Shown one piece after another: positions 21,747 to 32,367 of a stretch of DNA of 64,000 nt; within the stretch, counting starts at the first letter, position 1, and each line of letters begins with the position of its first letter. The translations under genes and the position numbers were made by a program. The stretch comes from an uncultured delta proteobacterium (lineage in GTDB: Bacteria; Myxococcota_A; Polyangia; Palsa-1104): contig CAWAWS010000003.1 in assembly GCA_963785725.1 (NCBI GenBank), positions 160,001 through 224,000 on the forward strand, in the 5' to 3' direction. The notes beneath the pieces were generated by a model, which worked only from the letters and a program-made list of their open reading frames with translations, had not been told where the DNA came from and searched no databases.

Positions 21747-22079
21747 CACAGGCTTGGACGTCGCCGCGCGCGCTTTATTCGCGGTCATCTGAAATTCGCG
21801 CGCGCCAGCGTCATCCCGACATCCTAGGCGCAAAACCGCGCGCAGCCATCGGCCGGCGCCCCGATCGACGCGTGCGGACCGGCACATGTTGCTGCGGGAG
21901 ACCGTCCATCCGCTATCGTTGACAAACGTCCGTTATATTAGATATCGTCATCCAACGTCGGCCGATGCGGGAAATTACGCCATGAATCGCGGCTACGCAG
22001 GCCGATACGGCGCGCTCACGGCGCCGGCTAGCGGATTCGTCCGTTATGGCGGATGGCGCGCTGACGCGAGGCGGGCCGC

Positions 22080-23890
22080 GTGAACGACTCGCTGGCGATC
22101 GCGGCGCCCAGCGCCGAGCCGGTGCGTTCGGCGTACGACGGCGACAGCCTGCGCAAAGACGTGCTCGCCGGCATCACCGTCGCCGCCATCTCGCTGCCGC
22201 AGGCGATGGCCTACGCGCTCATCGCCGGCGTCGACCCGCGCTTCGGGCTCTACTCGGCCATCGTCGTCACCGCCATCGCGTCGCTGTTCGGCTCGTCGTC
22301 GCACCTCATCAACGGCCCGACGAACGCCATCTCGCTCGTCACCTTCAGCGCGCTCGCCTACTTCGAGCCCGAGGCCAAGCTCGACGCCTACGAGGCCATG
22401 TTCTTGCTCGGCATCCTCGTCGGCGCGCTGCAAATCGTCATCGCCGTCCTCAAGCTCGGCGACCTGACGCGCTACATCTCCGAGGCCATCATCGTCGGCT
22501 TCATGGCCGGCGCCGGCCTGCTCATCGCGCTCGGCCAGGTCGGCGAACCTCGTCGGGCTCGCCGATCGCGGGACGCGCCATCAGACGGTCATTCATCGGC
22601 TGTGGCTGACGTTGGCCGGCGACGGGCACGTCAACCCGCGCGCGGCCGTGCTCGGCGTGGCGACGATCGTCCTCGTCGTCGCCGCGCGTCGCCTTCTGGC
22701 CGCGCTCAGGCTGCCGAAGGTCGACCTCCTCCTGGCGCTGCTCGCCGCCGCCGCCGTCGCCGCGCAGCTCGGCTGGACGACGGCGCGCGCCGATGGCTCG
22801 ACGCTCGTCGCCGTCGTCGGCAACGTGCCTGCCGGCCTGCCCGCGTTTCACGTGCCGGCGATTCAGCTCGCCTGGCTGCGCGAGCTCGGCGGCAGCGCCG
22901 GCGCCATCGCCGTCCTCGGCCTGCTCGAAGCCATCGCCATCTCGAAGTCGATCGCCAATTCGACGGGACAACGCCTCGACTACAACCGCCAATGCCTCGC
23001 CGAAGGGCTGGCCAACCTCGGCGGCGGCTTCTTCCAATGCCTACCCGGCTCGGGCTCGCTCACGCGCTCGGCCATCAACCATCAGGCCGGCGCCGTCAGC
23101 CGCGCGTCGGGCCTGTTCGCCGCCGCGACGGTCGCCGTCGTCGTCGCGCTGTTGGCGCCGCTGGCGCGCTTCGTCCCCAAAGCGGCGCTGGCCGGCCTGC
23201 TCATGGTCACCGCCGTCCGCCTCGTCGACTGGCGCCGCCTCGCCTACGCGCTGCGCGCCTCGCGCTTCGACGCCGCGCTCGTCGTCGTCACGGCCTTCAC
23301 CGCCATCTTCCTCAGCGTCGAATATTCGATCCTCGTCGGCGTCGTGCTGTCGATCGTCCTCTTCGTCCCGCGCGCGGCCAAGCTGCAGGCGCGCGAGCTG
23401 ACGGTCGCCGCCGACCGTGTCATCCGCGGCCGACAAACGGGCGATCCGCAGTGCCGCCCCATCGTCATCTACGACCTCGAGGGCGAGCTCTTCTTCGGCG
23501 CCGCGCTGCAGCTCGAGCGCCACTTCGACGAGCTGCGCCAACGCACGCGCGCCGGCGCCAAAGTCGTCATCTTGCGCCTGCGCCGCACGCGCAACCCCGA
23601 TTCTCGTGTGCCTCGAGCGCCTCGAGCAGTTCATCCGCGAGCTCGACGGCCGCGGCATCGTCGTGCTCTTGAGCGGCGTCGGCGCCGACGTCAGCCGCAC
23701 GATGGACAACTTACGCTTCCACCGCTGGCTGCCGCGCGAACGCGTCTTTCTGCGCGCGGTCGAGGCGCCCGGCTCGTCGACGATCGCCGCCGTCCGCCAC
23801 GCCTATCGACTGTTGCCGGCCGACACCGCAGCCTGCGCGCATTGCGCCGCCATTCGCCCCGCCGCGCCCGACATTTACTACATGATCTGA
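22080..23890 (+). CDS. SulP/SLC26 anion transporter with STAS domain; two apparent +1 frameshifts (~22545, ~23601)
   Basis: DVLAGITVA..SLPQAMAYA, GPTNAIS, GSGSLTRS, GELFFGAA STAS. The protein is split over three consecutive frames. Confidence 0.9.
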
Positions 23891-23918
23891 CGTCAACCGC
23901 GAACGGTCAGGCCACGCA

Positions 23919-24395
23919 TCAGAGTCGTCTCCAAAGGCGCAACGGCCGATCCGATGCGTCCTCGACTTTCTCCCAGCCGAGTCGCTCGTAAAGGCGTAGC
24001 GCTGGATTCGTACGACCGACGGACAGACTGACGCCCGAAACACCTCGAATACGCGCCGCCGCAATGAGCTCATTGAGGAGCTCAGTGCCAATTCCTCGAC
24101 CGCGATGGCTGTCGGCGACTGCGATGGACATGACCGGCGTACTGCTGTCGATGAATCCGGTCAGCCCCGCTTCGTCTCCAGTGAAGCGGCGACACCACGC
24201 CGCACCCAAGGGGATTTCCTCCTCGGCGACAACGCCCAGATCCCCGGCGCGCATCCAGCCTTCGATCCAAGGAATGACGTGCGGCGCGCAGGCGGCCTCC
24301 TCCAGCGGCGGAATACGCCCCGGCCGAAAAGCGGCCTGGACGATCATCTGCCGCAGAAACTCCAAGTCGCCTTCATTTGCCTGACGAAATCTCAT
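23919..24395 (-). CDS. GNAT family N-acetyltransferase
   Basis: HRGRGIG acetyl-CoA motif; NPALRLYERLG. Confidence 0.92.
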   Translation of the reverse strand: MRFRQANEGDLEFLRQMIVQAAFRPGRIPPLEEAACAPHVIPWIEGWMRAGDLGVVAEEEIPLGAAWCRRFTGDEAGLTGFIDSSTPVMSIAVADSHRGRGIGTELLNELIAAARIRGVSGVSLSVGRTNPALRLYERLGWEKVEDASDRPLRLWRRL

Positions 24396-24457
24396 TGACG
24401 ATGATTGTCGGCTCCTAGCCGCGACCGTTCAACCGCGGCGAGCCCGATGCTTAGCGC

Positions 24458-26758
24458 TTAGAAGCGGTAGCTGGCGCGCGCGAAGAAGTTGAAGCCCGGC
24501 GCCGGATTGGGCGTATTTTCCAGCGTCGGCGTCAGGTCATTGAAGTTATCGGGGAACCAATAGCGCTGATTGAGCACGTTGTAGAACTGACCGCTCAGCT
24601 GGAAGCGCTCGTCATTGAAGCGCAAGCGAAAGCCGAGCTGCAGGTTCGCCACCGGCGTCAAGCGATCGAACGTCAGCGACGACTGCGGCGCGACGGTCGT
24701 GCCGGTAATGTTGTTACCGACGCCGCCATAACTCGTGCCTGGCGACGTCGGATAGCGATTGACGTCCTCGTAAGCGCCGAACACGTTCAAGTTGGCGTTG
24801 AGATCGAGCAGCCCTTTGACGATGTTGAACGAGCCGCCGATGACGAGCCAGTTGTTGGGCGTGGCGCGAATGACGCCGGCGTCGGTCGTGATCGCATAAA
24901 GGTAAGTATAAGACGCCTGCAAGAAGTGATTGCCGTTCAAATAGAGCTTGCCGTAGGCCTCGACCGAGTGAATGGCGCGCTTACCGAAGTTGTCGTACGC
25001 GCCGCGCTGAATCTGAATCAGATTCGATAGTACGGTGTACGAATAATCGGCGCGCAGCTCGAGCTCGCGCACTTTGCGCACGTTGCGCAGCACGCGCGCG
25101 TTGAGCTCGCCCTGAAACGCCTGCGACGACTCCGTCTGCAAATGCGGGTTCGAGCCGTAATCGATGCCACCGGCGGGAATCGACGTGTTCTGAAACACCG
25201 GCGCGCGGAAGCCCGTCGCGTAGTTCGCCTTCACGTGAAAGTCGGGCAGGAAGTTCCAGACGATGGCGGCCGAGCCGAGCGGAATGAGGTCATACGGCAG
25301 ATCGCCGAAGCCCTTCTGCAGACGAACACCCGCGTCGAGGGTCAGCTTGCGGAACGGATGCCACTGCGCGTCGACATAACCGGCGGCGACATAACGACCG
25401 GTATCGGAGGCGAAGACGCGCGGACAGGTCGGCAGCGGCGCGGTGCCGTTGGCGTTGACCGGGCAAAGCAGCGGCAAGAGCGTGCTGTCGAGCGGCTCGT
25501 TGAACTTCTGCGTCGAGTCGCGCACGCCCTCGTAAAAGAACTCGCCGCCGACGAGCAGACGAATATTGAGCGGCAAGTCGTAGTCGAGATCGGCCGTCGT
25601 TCCGGCGCGGAAGATGAACTGATTGACCGAGAAGTTCAAGCCGCCGAGGCCGGTCAGCTGACCATCGGCGCCGAGCTTGTTGGGGAAGAAGAACGACGGC
25701 GGAAACAGCGTATCGCCGAAGTTACGCACGAACTCGGTGCCGTACCCTTTGACGGTGAACCCGAGCTTCTCGTTGAGGAAGCGATCTTTGTACTCGAGCA
25801 TCGCGTAGCGGTCATAGAGGTTCCAAAGGTTGTTCTTACCGCTTTGCAGTGCATTGGCGAAGATGATGCCCGAGTGCTGATCGCCGAACGGCACCATGTA
25901 ATAGAGGCTGAGCGGCCCATACGAGTATTTGCCGTCGATGGTGACGAGCCAGCTGCGCGCCGGATCGCTCGTCGACACGTTGCCGTAGAACGCGTTACCG
26001 CCCGGCTGCGGCGACGGCGCCGACGTGATGAACTGCGGCGCCGTATAGACTTCGCCGATATCGCTCTCGTAAGAGACGTGCTGAAAAATCCTCAGCTTTC
26101 CCGCCAAGAACGTCTTACCGAACATCGCATATGTCTTGAAGTCCTGCTTATTGCCGTTGCCGTCACCATAACCGGCCGCGATCTCGACGCCGTTTACGTC
26201 CTCGGCGTCTTTGGTGATCATATTGACGATACCGAGGAACGAGTTGGCGCCCCAAAGCACGCCGCCCGGGCCGGTGACGACCTCGATACGCTTGATGTTC
26301 TCGACCGGCTGCGTGCGGTTGGACCAGGACAAATTGCCCCAGGGATCGAAGAGCGACATTCCGTCGCGCATGAAGAGCGCGGCCTGACTGACGCCGCGCA
26401 CCATCGGCAGCTGCACTTGATTGCCGAGGCCGTGCTCGTCGAGCCAACCGGGCACGGTCTCCAGCGCCTGCATGATCGTGCGATGGCCGCGCTCTTTGAT
26501 CTCGTCGGCCGTGATGATCGTGATGATCGCCGGCGCCTCTTGCACCGTCGTCACGCCCTTCGCCGCCGAGGTCACGACGTTGGCGAGGTCGATCTCGCGA
26601 TCGGCGTCGAGCGCGATATCGGGCTCGTTGGTGCTCGACTCCGAAGGCTGCGGAACCGGATCGGGCAGCGCCACGTCCTGCGCAAACGCCACATTCGCCG
26701 TCGACAATACAATCGCGACGAGCGACGAGATGAACGACGCTGCCAGCATTCGTTTCAT
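24458..26758 (-). CDS. TonB-dependent outer-membrane receptor
   Basis: Signal peptide, plug motifs (EAPAIITIITADEI; IKRIEVVTGPGGVLWGAN..GIVN), barrel ending in C-terminal Phe. Confidence 0.93.
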   Translation of the reverse strand: MKRMLAASFISSLVAIVLSTANVAFAQDVALPDPVPQPSESSTNEPDIALDADREIDLANVVTSAAKGVTTVQEAPAIITIITADEIKERGHRTIMQALETVPGWLDEHGLGNQVQLPMVRGVSQAALFMRDGMSLFDPWGNLSWSNRTQPVENIKRIEVVTGPGGVLWGANSFLGIVNMITKDAEDVNGVEIAAGYGDGNGNKQDFKTYAMFGKTFLAGKLRIFQHVSYESDIGEVYTAPQFITSAPSPQPGGNAFYGNVSTSDPARSWLVTIDGKYSYGPLSLYYMVPFGDQHSGIIFANALQSGKNNLWNLYDRYAMLEYKDRFLNEKLGFTVKGYGTEFVRNFGDTLFPPSFFFPNKLGADGQLTGLGGLNFSVNQFIFRAGTTADLDYDLPLNIRLLVGGEFFYEGVRDSTQKFNEPLDSTLLPLLCPVNANGTAPLPTCPRVFASDTGRYVAAGYVDAQWHPFRKLTLDAGVRLQKGFGDLPYDLIPLGSAAIVWNFLPDFHVKANYATGFRAPVFQNTSIPAGGIDYGSNPHLQTESSQAFQGELNARVLRNVRKVRELELRADYSYTVLSNLIQIQRGAYDNFGKRAIHSVEAYGKLYLNGNHFLQASYTYLYAITTDAGVIRATPNNWLVIGGSFNIVKGLLDLNANLNVFGAYEDVNRYPTSPGTSYGGVGNNITGTTVAPQSSLTFDRLTPVANLQLGFRLRFNDERFQLSGQFYNVLNQRYWFPDNFNDLTPTLENTPNPAPGFNFFARASYRF

Positions 26759-26760
26759 CG

Positions 26761-28623
26761 TTATTGCTCCACGATGATGAACTCGACGCGGCGATTCTTC
26801 GCGCGAGCCTCGGCCGTCTTGCGTTTGTCGATCGGGTGCGTGTCACCATAGCCGACGGCTTGCAGCCGCTCCGGCTCGACACCCTTACGAATCATGAACG
26901 AGCGCACCGCTTCGGCGCGCAGCTGCGAGAGCTCCAAGTTCTTCTTCGGCGACCCGACGTCGTCGGTGTGGCCTTCGACGCGGATGCGCTTCACTTGCGG
27001 ATTCGACTTCATCTTCTCGGCGACGCGCTCGACCAACGCCTGCGAACGCGCGATCAACCGATCCGAGCCCTCTTCGAACTGAATGTTCTCGGGTAGCTCG
27101 ATCTTCCCGCCCGTAATCGCGATACCGCCGCCGCTCGTGCCCGAATCGGGGCAGCCGTCGCCGTCGTCGATGCCGTTGAACGTCTCCGGCTCGTTCGGGC
27201 ACTTATCGACCGCGTCGGGAATGCCGTCGCCGTCGTTATCCAAATCGGGGCAGCCGTCATCATCCTGGAATCCATCTTTGTCTTCCGGATCATTCGGGCA
27301 TTTATCCTGCGCGTCGGGAATTCCGTCGCCGTCATTATCGATATCGGGGCAGCCGTCTTCGTCCTGATAACCGTCACGATCTTCGGGCTCGTTCGGGCAT
27401 TTATCGTTCTTATCGGCAATGCCGTCTTGATCGTTATCCAAGTCGGGACAGCCGTCTTCGTCGTCGAAGCCGTCCTTGTCTTCCGGCTCGGTCGGACACA
27501 AATCGGACGCGTCGGGAATGCCGTCGCCGTCGCTGTCGATGCCGCCGCCGACGCCGCCTTTGCCGCCTTCGGCGGGCGCCCACGTCACGCCGCCGAACAC
27601 GCGGAAATCGTCGTGTCGCTCGGACGTCGTGATGACGCCGGCGCCCGCGCCCACGCCGACTGAGACGTCGCGCGCCGGGAAGAACTGAAAGCCGCCCAAT
27701 ACATCGGCGGTGAAATCCTTACCAGCATCGAGCGGACCCGACGCCGAGCCGACGAGCGGAATGAGGCCGAATACTTCCGCCGCCACGCCGGCCCAGCGCA
27801 CGAAGCGATAAGCGACGCCCGCCGACCACGTGAGCTCGTCGCTGACATCGATGAGCGAGCGCGGCCGCGCGACGCCGGTCGTCCCCGATTGCACCGGATC
27901 ATTGGGCGAATAAATGATCGTCTCTTTGCGAACGATGGCGCCCACGTTGAGGGCGACCGTAAACGGCCCGCGCGTCACGTCGGCGATGAGCGTCGGGCGA
28001 AACGTGAAGTCGGTGTCGCCGAGAAATGCCGCGTCGTCGCCAAAGGGCAACGTGACGACGGCCGATAAGCCCATACCGAAGATTCCCGCGCGGAACAGCC
28101 GCGCTTTGAAGCCAATGCGCCAATCGAGCGGCGCGGCGTTCGGCGGCGGCACGTTGGTGAAGCTGCCGTTGCTATAGAATCCGGTGCGGCTGATATTCGG
28201 ATCGGAGGCCGATCCGTAAGTGCCATATTCCGCCGTATAACTCTGCGCCGACACCGGCAAGTCGATGACGAGCTCGAGCCAATCGGTGAGCCCCAAGTGA
28301 ATGCCGAAGTTCAGCACCGCTTGATAACCCATCACCGACTGCAAACCGGGCGCTTTCGGGTTCGCGCTCGCCAATGAGCAAGTGCTCGTCAATGGACAGA
28401 GCCCGAGTCGCAGCGGATTCTGCGCGTAATTGAGGAATAGCTTGAAGCCGAAATCCCATTGATGGGAAGTCTGCGAACGATCGACGGTAAAGATGCCGTA
28501 GCTGTCGAGCGCGGGATGAAAGAGCTCGGAGTCGACGCCACGCTGCGCCTCGGCGCGACCGCCGGTAGCCAGGACCGCGCACAGCGCGGCGGCAGCGAGA
28601 ATTGACGCACTCAGTCGATGCAT
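26761..28623 (-). CDS. TraB-like outer-membrane protein: beta-barrel + thrombospondin type 3 repeats + OmpA-C domain
   Basis: Tandem D.DGDGIPD..DKCP..PED.DG..D.DGCPD repeats; VEGHTD..LSQLRAEAV..NRRVEF. Confidence 0.9.
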   Translation of the reverse strand: MHRLSASILAAAALCAVLATGGRAEAQRGVDSELFHPALDSYGIFTVDRSQTSHQWDFGFKLFLNYAQNPLRLGLCPLTSTCSLASANPKAPGLQSVMGYQAVLNFGIHLGLTDWLELVIDLPVSAQSYTAEYGTYGSASDPNISRTGFYSNGSFTNVPPPNAAPLDWRIGFKARLFRAGIFGMGLSAVVTLPFGDDAAFLGDTDFTFRPTLIADVTRGPFTVALNVGAIVRKETIIYSPNDPVQSGTTGVARPRSLIDVSDELTWSAGVAYRFVRWAGVAAEVFGLIPLVGSASGPLDAGKDFTADVLGGFQFFPARDVSVGVGAGAGVITTSERHDDFRVFGGVTWAPAEGGKGGVGGGIDSDGDGIPDASDLCPTEPEDKDGFDDEDGCPDLDNDQDGIADKNDKCPNEPEDRDGYQDEDGCPDIDNDGDGIPDAQDKCPNDPEDKDGFQDDDGCPDLDNDGDGIPDAVDKCPNEPETFNGIDDGDGCPDSGTSGGGIAITGGKIELPENIQFEEGSDRLIARSQALVERVAEKMKSNPQVKRIRVEGHTDDVGSPKKNLELSQLRAEAVRSFMIRKGVEPERLQAVGYGDTHPIDKRKTAEARAKNRRVEFIIVEQ

Positions 28624-29166
28624 GATCCGCTAACGCCCCCTTCGACGATCGCGACCCGTAAAGCTATGAGCTTGCGCAAAAACCATATACGAAAGCAAAA
28701 TAATTGAATCTAATTTCGTGCGCGATTTTGCGCGTAACGCCTAAGTGGCCGCGTGTTTCCGGGTGCGTGGAACACAGGCTTCGCTCGTCGACGCGAGGCT
28801 TCCTCTTACTTTGTTGACGAGATGTCTCCATTTCGCCCCTTGCTTATTTAGGCGACGCGACAAATTCCGATCACGCTAGAAAAATGCACCACTGTCCGGC
28901 AAGCGTTCGGCGCTCTGTTTCGCGGACGCCAACGCGGCGATAGTCGCGGGGCATCCGCAAGCGCAATGACCAAAGTCCGGCGGCGCAGCCGCGCGACGCT
29001 GGTCGACGGAGACGATCCGCGCTACGCGACGAGAAGCCGGTCGCCGTACCAATCGGCGATCGACCCGGTCGCAGCGGAATCTAATGAGAGCGGGGATTGA
29101 GCGGGGATTTTCGGTCGTAGCAAACGCGCAAGCGGGATTACGACGTGCGGTGGCGAGAGTGGGCGC

Positions 29167-32082
29167 TTACAACGCGGGCTGCTTGGGAGCCGGGATGCGC
29201 TGCGCCACGCGCGGCTCGCTGCGCTCGACCACGATCGTCCGCTGCGACTGCACCTGCGCCGACTCGCGCGCAACGATCGTGACGAAGTTGGCGCCCGGCC
29301 ACAGCGGAATATCGGCGTCGAACGCCTGCGTCGCCGGATTGGTCGCCTTGCGATTCGAGCGGTAGAAGACTTTGCGGCGATCGATCTTCGCCGTCCGATT
29401 GGACACGAAGACGAACAGATCGGTCACGCGATCGTCATCTTTGGCCGTCCCGCTCAAACGAATCGTCGACGCATCGACGATGCCCGGCTGCGGCGTCAGC
29501 TCCAGCGTCGGCGGCGAGACCTCGCGCGCCGTCGGCCGCGCCAGCTTGGCGTTCGCGGCCACGATCGGAAAGGACAGCTTATCCGTCACGTACTCGTGCA
29601 GCACCGAATCGTAGACGGTCAGCTCGACTTTTGCTGCGTCGCCTTTGTATTCGGGACGCACGTCGAACGTGAAGTCGACCGACTTTGCTTCGCCCGGCGC
29701 CAGATTGTCGACATTGAAGCGGCCCTTATTGATGAAGAGCCCTTCATCCGACAGATTGCGCAGCTGCGCCAACGTCTCGTTCGCCTTACCGGTACCTGCA
29801 TTCTTTACGGTGACATGCAGTCGCACCGACTCGCCGCGCTGCAATAGCCCGTCGCCATTGCCTTTGATGTCGTCGAAGATTTGATAAGCGTACGAGAACA
29901 TCGGTCGCGCCGGCCCGTCCACTTTGACGACGAGCTCGCTGGCGTCGAGCTGCGCCTTGGCGCCGTGCTCCTCGGCGACATTCAGCGTCAGCGGATCGAC
30001 GCGCGTCAACGCGTCTTTCGGCAGTTTGACCGGCATCGTAAAGGCGCGCGACTCGCCCGGCTTGATACGACCGAACAAGAACTCGCGACCGTCGAAATAA
30101 GGATCGTCCGCCTTCAACGCCGCCCGCACTTGCGTGGCCACGCCCTGGCCTTTATTGGTCACTTTCGCGGTCAACTTGATGGTGTCGCCCGCGCTCGCTT
30201 CCGCCTTATCCGCGACGATCGACGCCACCAGCAGCGGCGACGGGCCGGCGACGCTGCCGCCCGACGTCCAATCGATGCCCTGCTTCTTCAGCGCGTCGAC
30301 GATGCGACGCTCCTCTTCGCCGGCTTTCTTGTCGAAGAACGGCTGCGCCGAGGCCAGCACTTCACGCCGCTTCCAGCCCTTGGCCGACGACAAAAGGTCG
30401 CGCGCGAAATCGACCTCGTAATCCTCGACGAGCGCATCGGGATCGCGAAACGCCGCTTCGTCACTATCGCTGCCATTGTCGTCATTGGCGTCGCCGTCGT
30501 CATCATCGTCGGCCGACGGCAACCGCTTGTTCGAATCGCGCGCCAGATACTTGAACGTCGCGAACGGCTTATCGCCGCTGGCCGCATATTTCGACTGCAA
30601 ATGCGCCTCCAGATCGGCTTCGCTCATGCCCTTATAGTCGCGATAGAACCAGACGCCTTGATCCTTGTCGAAGACCACCTTATCGAGCTCGACGTCGGGC
30701 GTGATACCGACCGACTGAATCGAGACGTCACCGGGCGTCAGATACTGCGCGATCGTCAGCTTGAGCGCCGAGCCGTCGCCGTTCTCGTAGACCAGCTGCA
30801 CCGAGCCTTTACCGAAGCTGCGCGTACCGATGATCACGGCGCGATCGAGGTTCTTGAGTGCACCGGCGACGATCTCGGAGGCCGAGGCCGAGCCGTGATT
30901 GACGAGCACCGCCATCGGAATCTGCGACTGCGAGCCGGGCGTCGCGCGCTTCTCTTCGCGCTGTTTGTTGGCGTAACCGACCGTCGTCACGATCGTCCCC
31001 GAATCGACATATTCATCGACGACCTTGACCGCCTGATCGAGCAATCCGCCGGGATTACCGCGCAGGTCGAGCACCAACGACTTGAGCCCCTTGGACTTCA
31101 AATCGGCCATCGCATGACGCATCTCATTGTCGCTGTTGCCGGCAAAGCTCCCGTGCAGCTTGATGAGACCGACGCCATTGGCGAGCATCTTGTAATCGAC
31201 CGTCACCGTCGTGACGATGGCGCGCCGAATGGTCAGCTTACGCGCCTGGTTGTTGGTCTCGTTGGCGTGGCGCACCCAAATATTGACGGTCGTATCGGGA
31301 TCGCCCGACATATGCGCGACGGCGTCATTGAGCAGCATATTGATCGTCGATTGACCATCGATGCGCACGATGCGATCGCCGGTGCGAATCCCGGCATTGA
31401 ACGCCGGCGTGCCCGGAAACGGCTTCAACACCGTCAATTCGCCCTTACGCAGACCAATGAGAATGCCGAGACCGCCGTAAGAGCCGCGCGTGTGCTGTTG
31501 CATCTCGGTAAACGACGCCGGATCGAGCAGCATCGAGTGCGGATCGAGCGTCGAGAGCATGCCATTCGTCGCCGCGTAATCGATGTTGCGCACGCTCTCG
31601 AAGTCGAGACCGGGCGGCAGATTGAGCGCGACGAAGCGGAAGATCTCTTTCATCTTCATCGACAACGACCAGGGCGAATCGACATCGGCGATCGAGAACT
31701 CTTGCCGCGCCGTATCGACACTCACTTTGACTTTGTTCTGCTCGGGATGCGGCTCGACGAGAATCTCCGCTTCCGACTTTTGCACTTGGTCGAGCGCCGC
31801 CAATAGCATTTGCTTGGGATCGACGCGCGTCGGATCGACATACGAGTCATTGACGCGCATGAGCGTATTGTTGAAGACGTGGAGCGCGGACAAATCATAA
31901 GGGTGCTTATTGTCGCTCGGCTCGGCGCGCAGCGGCGTGGCGCCGATGTCGACGATCCCGGCCGAGCCCGACTTGCGGACGGTCAGAAATGTCGCCAGGA
32001 CCAGGCTGATGCCGACGATGAGCGGCTTGAAGTGGCGAGAAGCGAAGGAATGGGGCCCCGGCGCACGATCAAAAAGGTCCAT
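29167..32082 (-). CDS. S41 tail-specific protease, MXAN_5808-family architecture
   Basis: LDPHS, GGLGI PDZ, DLRGNPGGLL, SASASEIV, FGKGSVQ, followed by a long C-terminal Ig/CARDB-like extension. Confidence 0.92.
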   Translation of the reverse strand: MDLFDRAPGPHSFASRHFKPLIVGISLVLATFLTVRKSGSAGIVDIGATPLRAEPSDNKHPYDLSALHVFNNTLMRVNDSYVDPTRVDPKQMLLAALDQVQKSEAEILVEPHPEQNKVKVSVDTARQEFSIADVDSPWSLSMKMKEIFRFVALNLPPGLDFESVRNIDYAATNGMLSTLDPHSMLLDPASFTEMQQHTRGSYGGLGILIGLRKGELTVLKPFPGTPAFNAGIRTGDRIVRIDGQSTINMLLNDAVAHMSGDPDTTVNIWVRHANETNNQARKLTIRRAIVTTVTVDYKMLANGVGLIKLHGSFAGNSDNEMRHAMADLKSKGLKSLVLDLRGNPGGLLDQAVKVVDEYVDSGTIVTTVGYANKQREEKRATPGSQSQIPMAVLVNHGSASASEIVAGALKNLDRAVIIGTRSFGKGSVQLVYENGDGSALKLTIAQYLTPGDVSIQSVGITPDVELDKVVFDKDQGVWFYRDYKGMSEADLEAHLQSKYAASGDKPFATFKYLARDSNKRLPSADDDDDGDANDDNGSDSDEAAFRDPDALVEDYEVDFARDLLSSAKGWKRREVLASAQPFFDKKAGEEERRIVDALKKQGIDWTSGGSVAGPSPLLVASIVADKAEASAGDTIKLTAKVTNKGQGVATQVRAALKADDPYFDGREFLFGRIKPGESRAFTMPVKLPKDALTRVDPLTLNVAEEHGAKAQLDASELVVKVDGPARPMFSYAYQIFDDIKGNGDGLLQRGESVRLHVTVKNAGTGKANETLAQLRNLSDEGLFINKGRFNVDNLAPGEAKSVDFTFDVRPEYKGDAAKVELTVYDSVLHEYVTDKLSFPIVAANAKLARPTAREVSPPTLELTPQPGIVDASTIRLSGTAKDDDRVTDLFVFVSNRTAKIDRRKVFYRSNRKATNPATQAFDADIPLWPGANFVTIVARESAQVQSQRTIVVERSEPRVAQRIPAPKQPAL

Positions 32083-32367
32083 TACTAGGACAAACCCGCA
32101 TCCCGCTGAATGTTCAGCTGTGGACGAGGCCGCCAATCAACAATCAATAGGCGCAGTTACACGAGCGACACCGAAGGAGCGCGCGCGCCGTCACCGAAGC
32201 TTAGCGACATGTAGGCAAGAGAACGTGACGATGATCTTTTGAAGGCACTCAGAAATTCGCCGCGCCGCGCGCCACCCGATGCGCGCAACCCTGCAAAATC
32301 CCTCACGCTGGAAATGGCCCGGCGCGTGCTCTTACGACGAAGACGCGCAGCGGAGGTCTCATTGGAA

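Noticed and set aside
22080..23890. Programmed frameshifting or a true pseudogene in SulP
   Set aside because: No slippery heptamer, and the same +1 pattern occurs in unrelated genes, which favours sequencing error.
27140..27545. Regularly spaced DNA repeats resembling a CRISPR array
   Set aside because: They are in-frame thrombospondin type 3 protein repeats with synonymous variation; no cas genes are present.
28624..29166. Cobalamin riboswitch upstream of the OmpA/TBDR operon
   Set aside because: I found no B12-box elements in the correct order on the minus strand.
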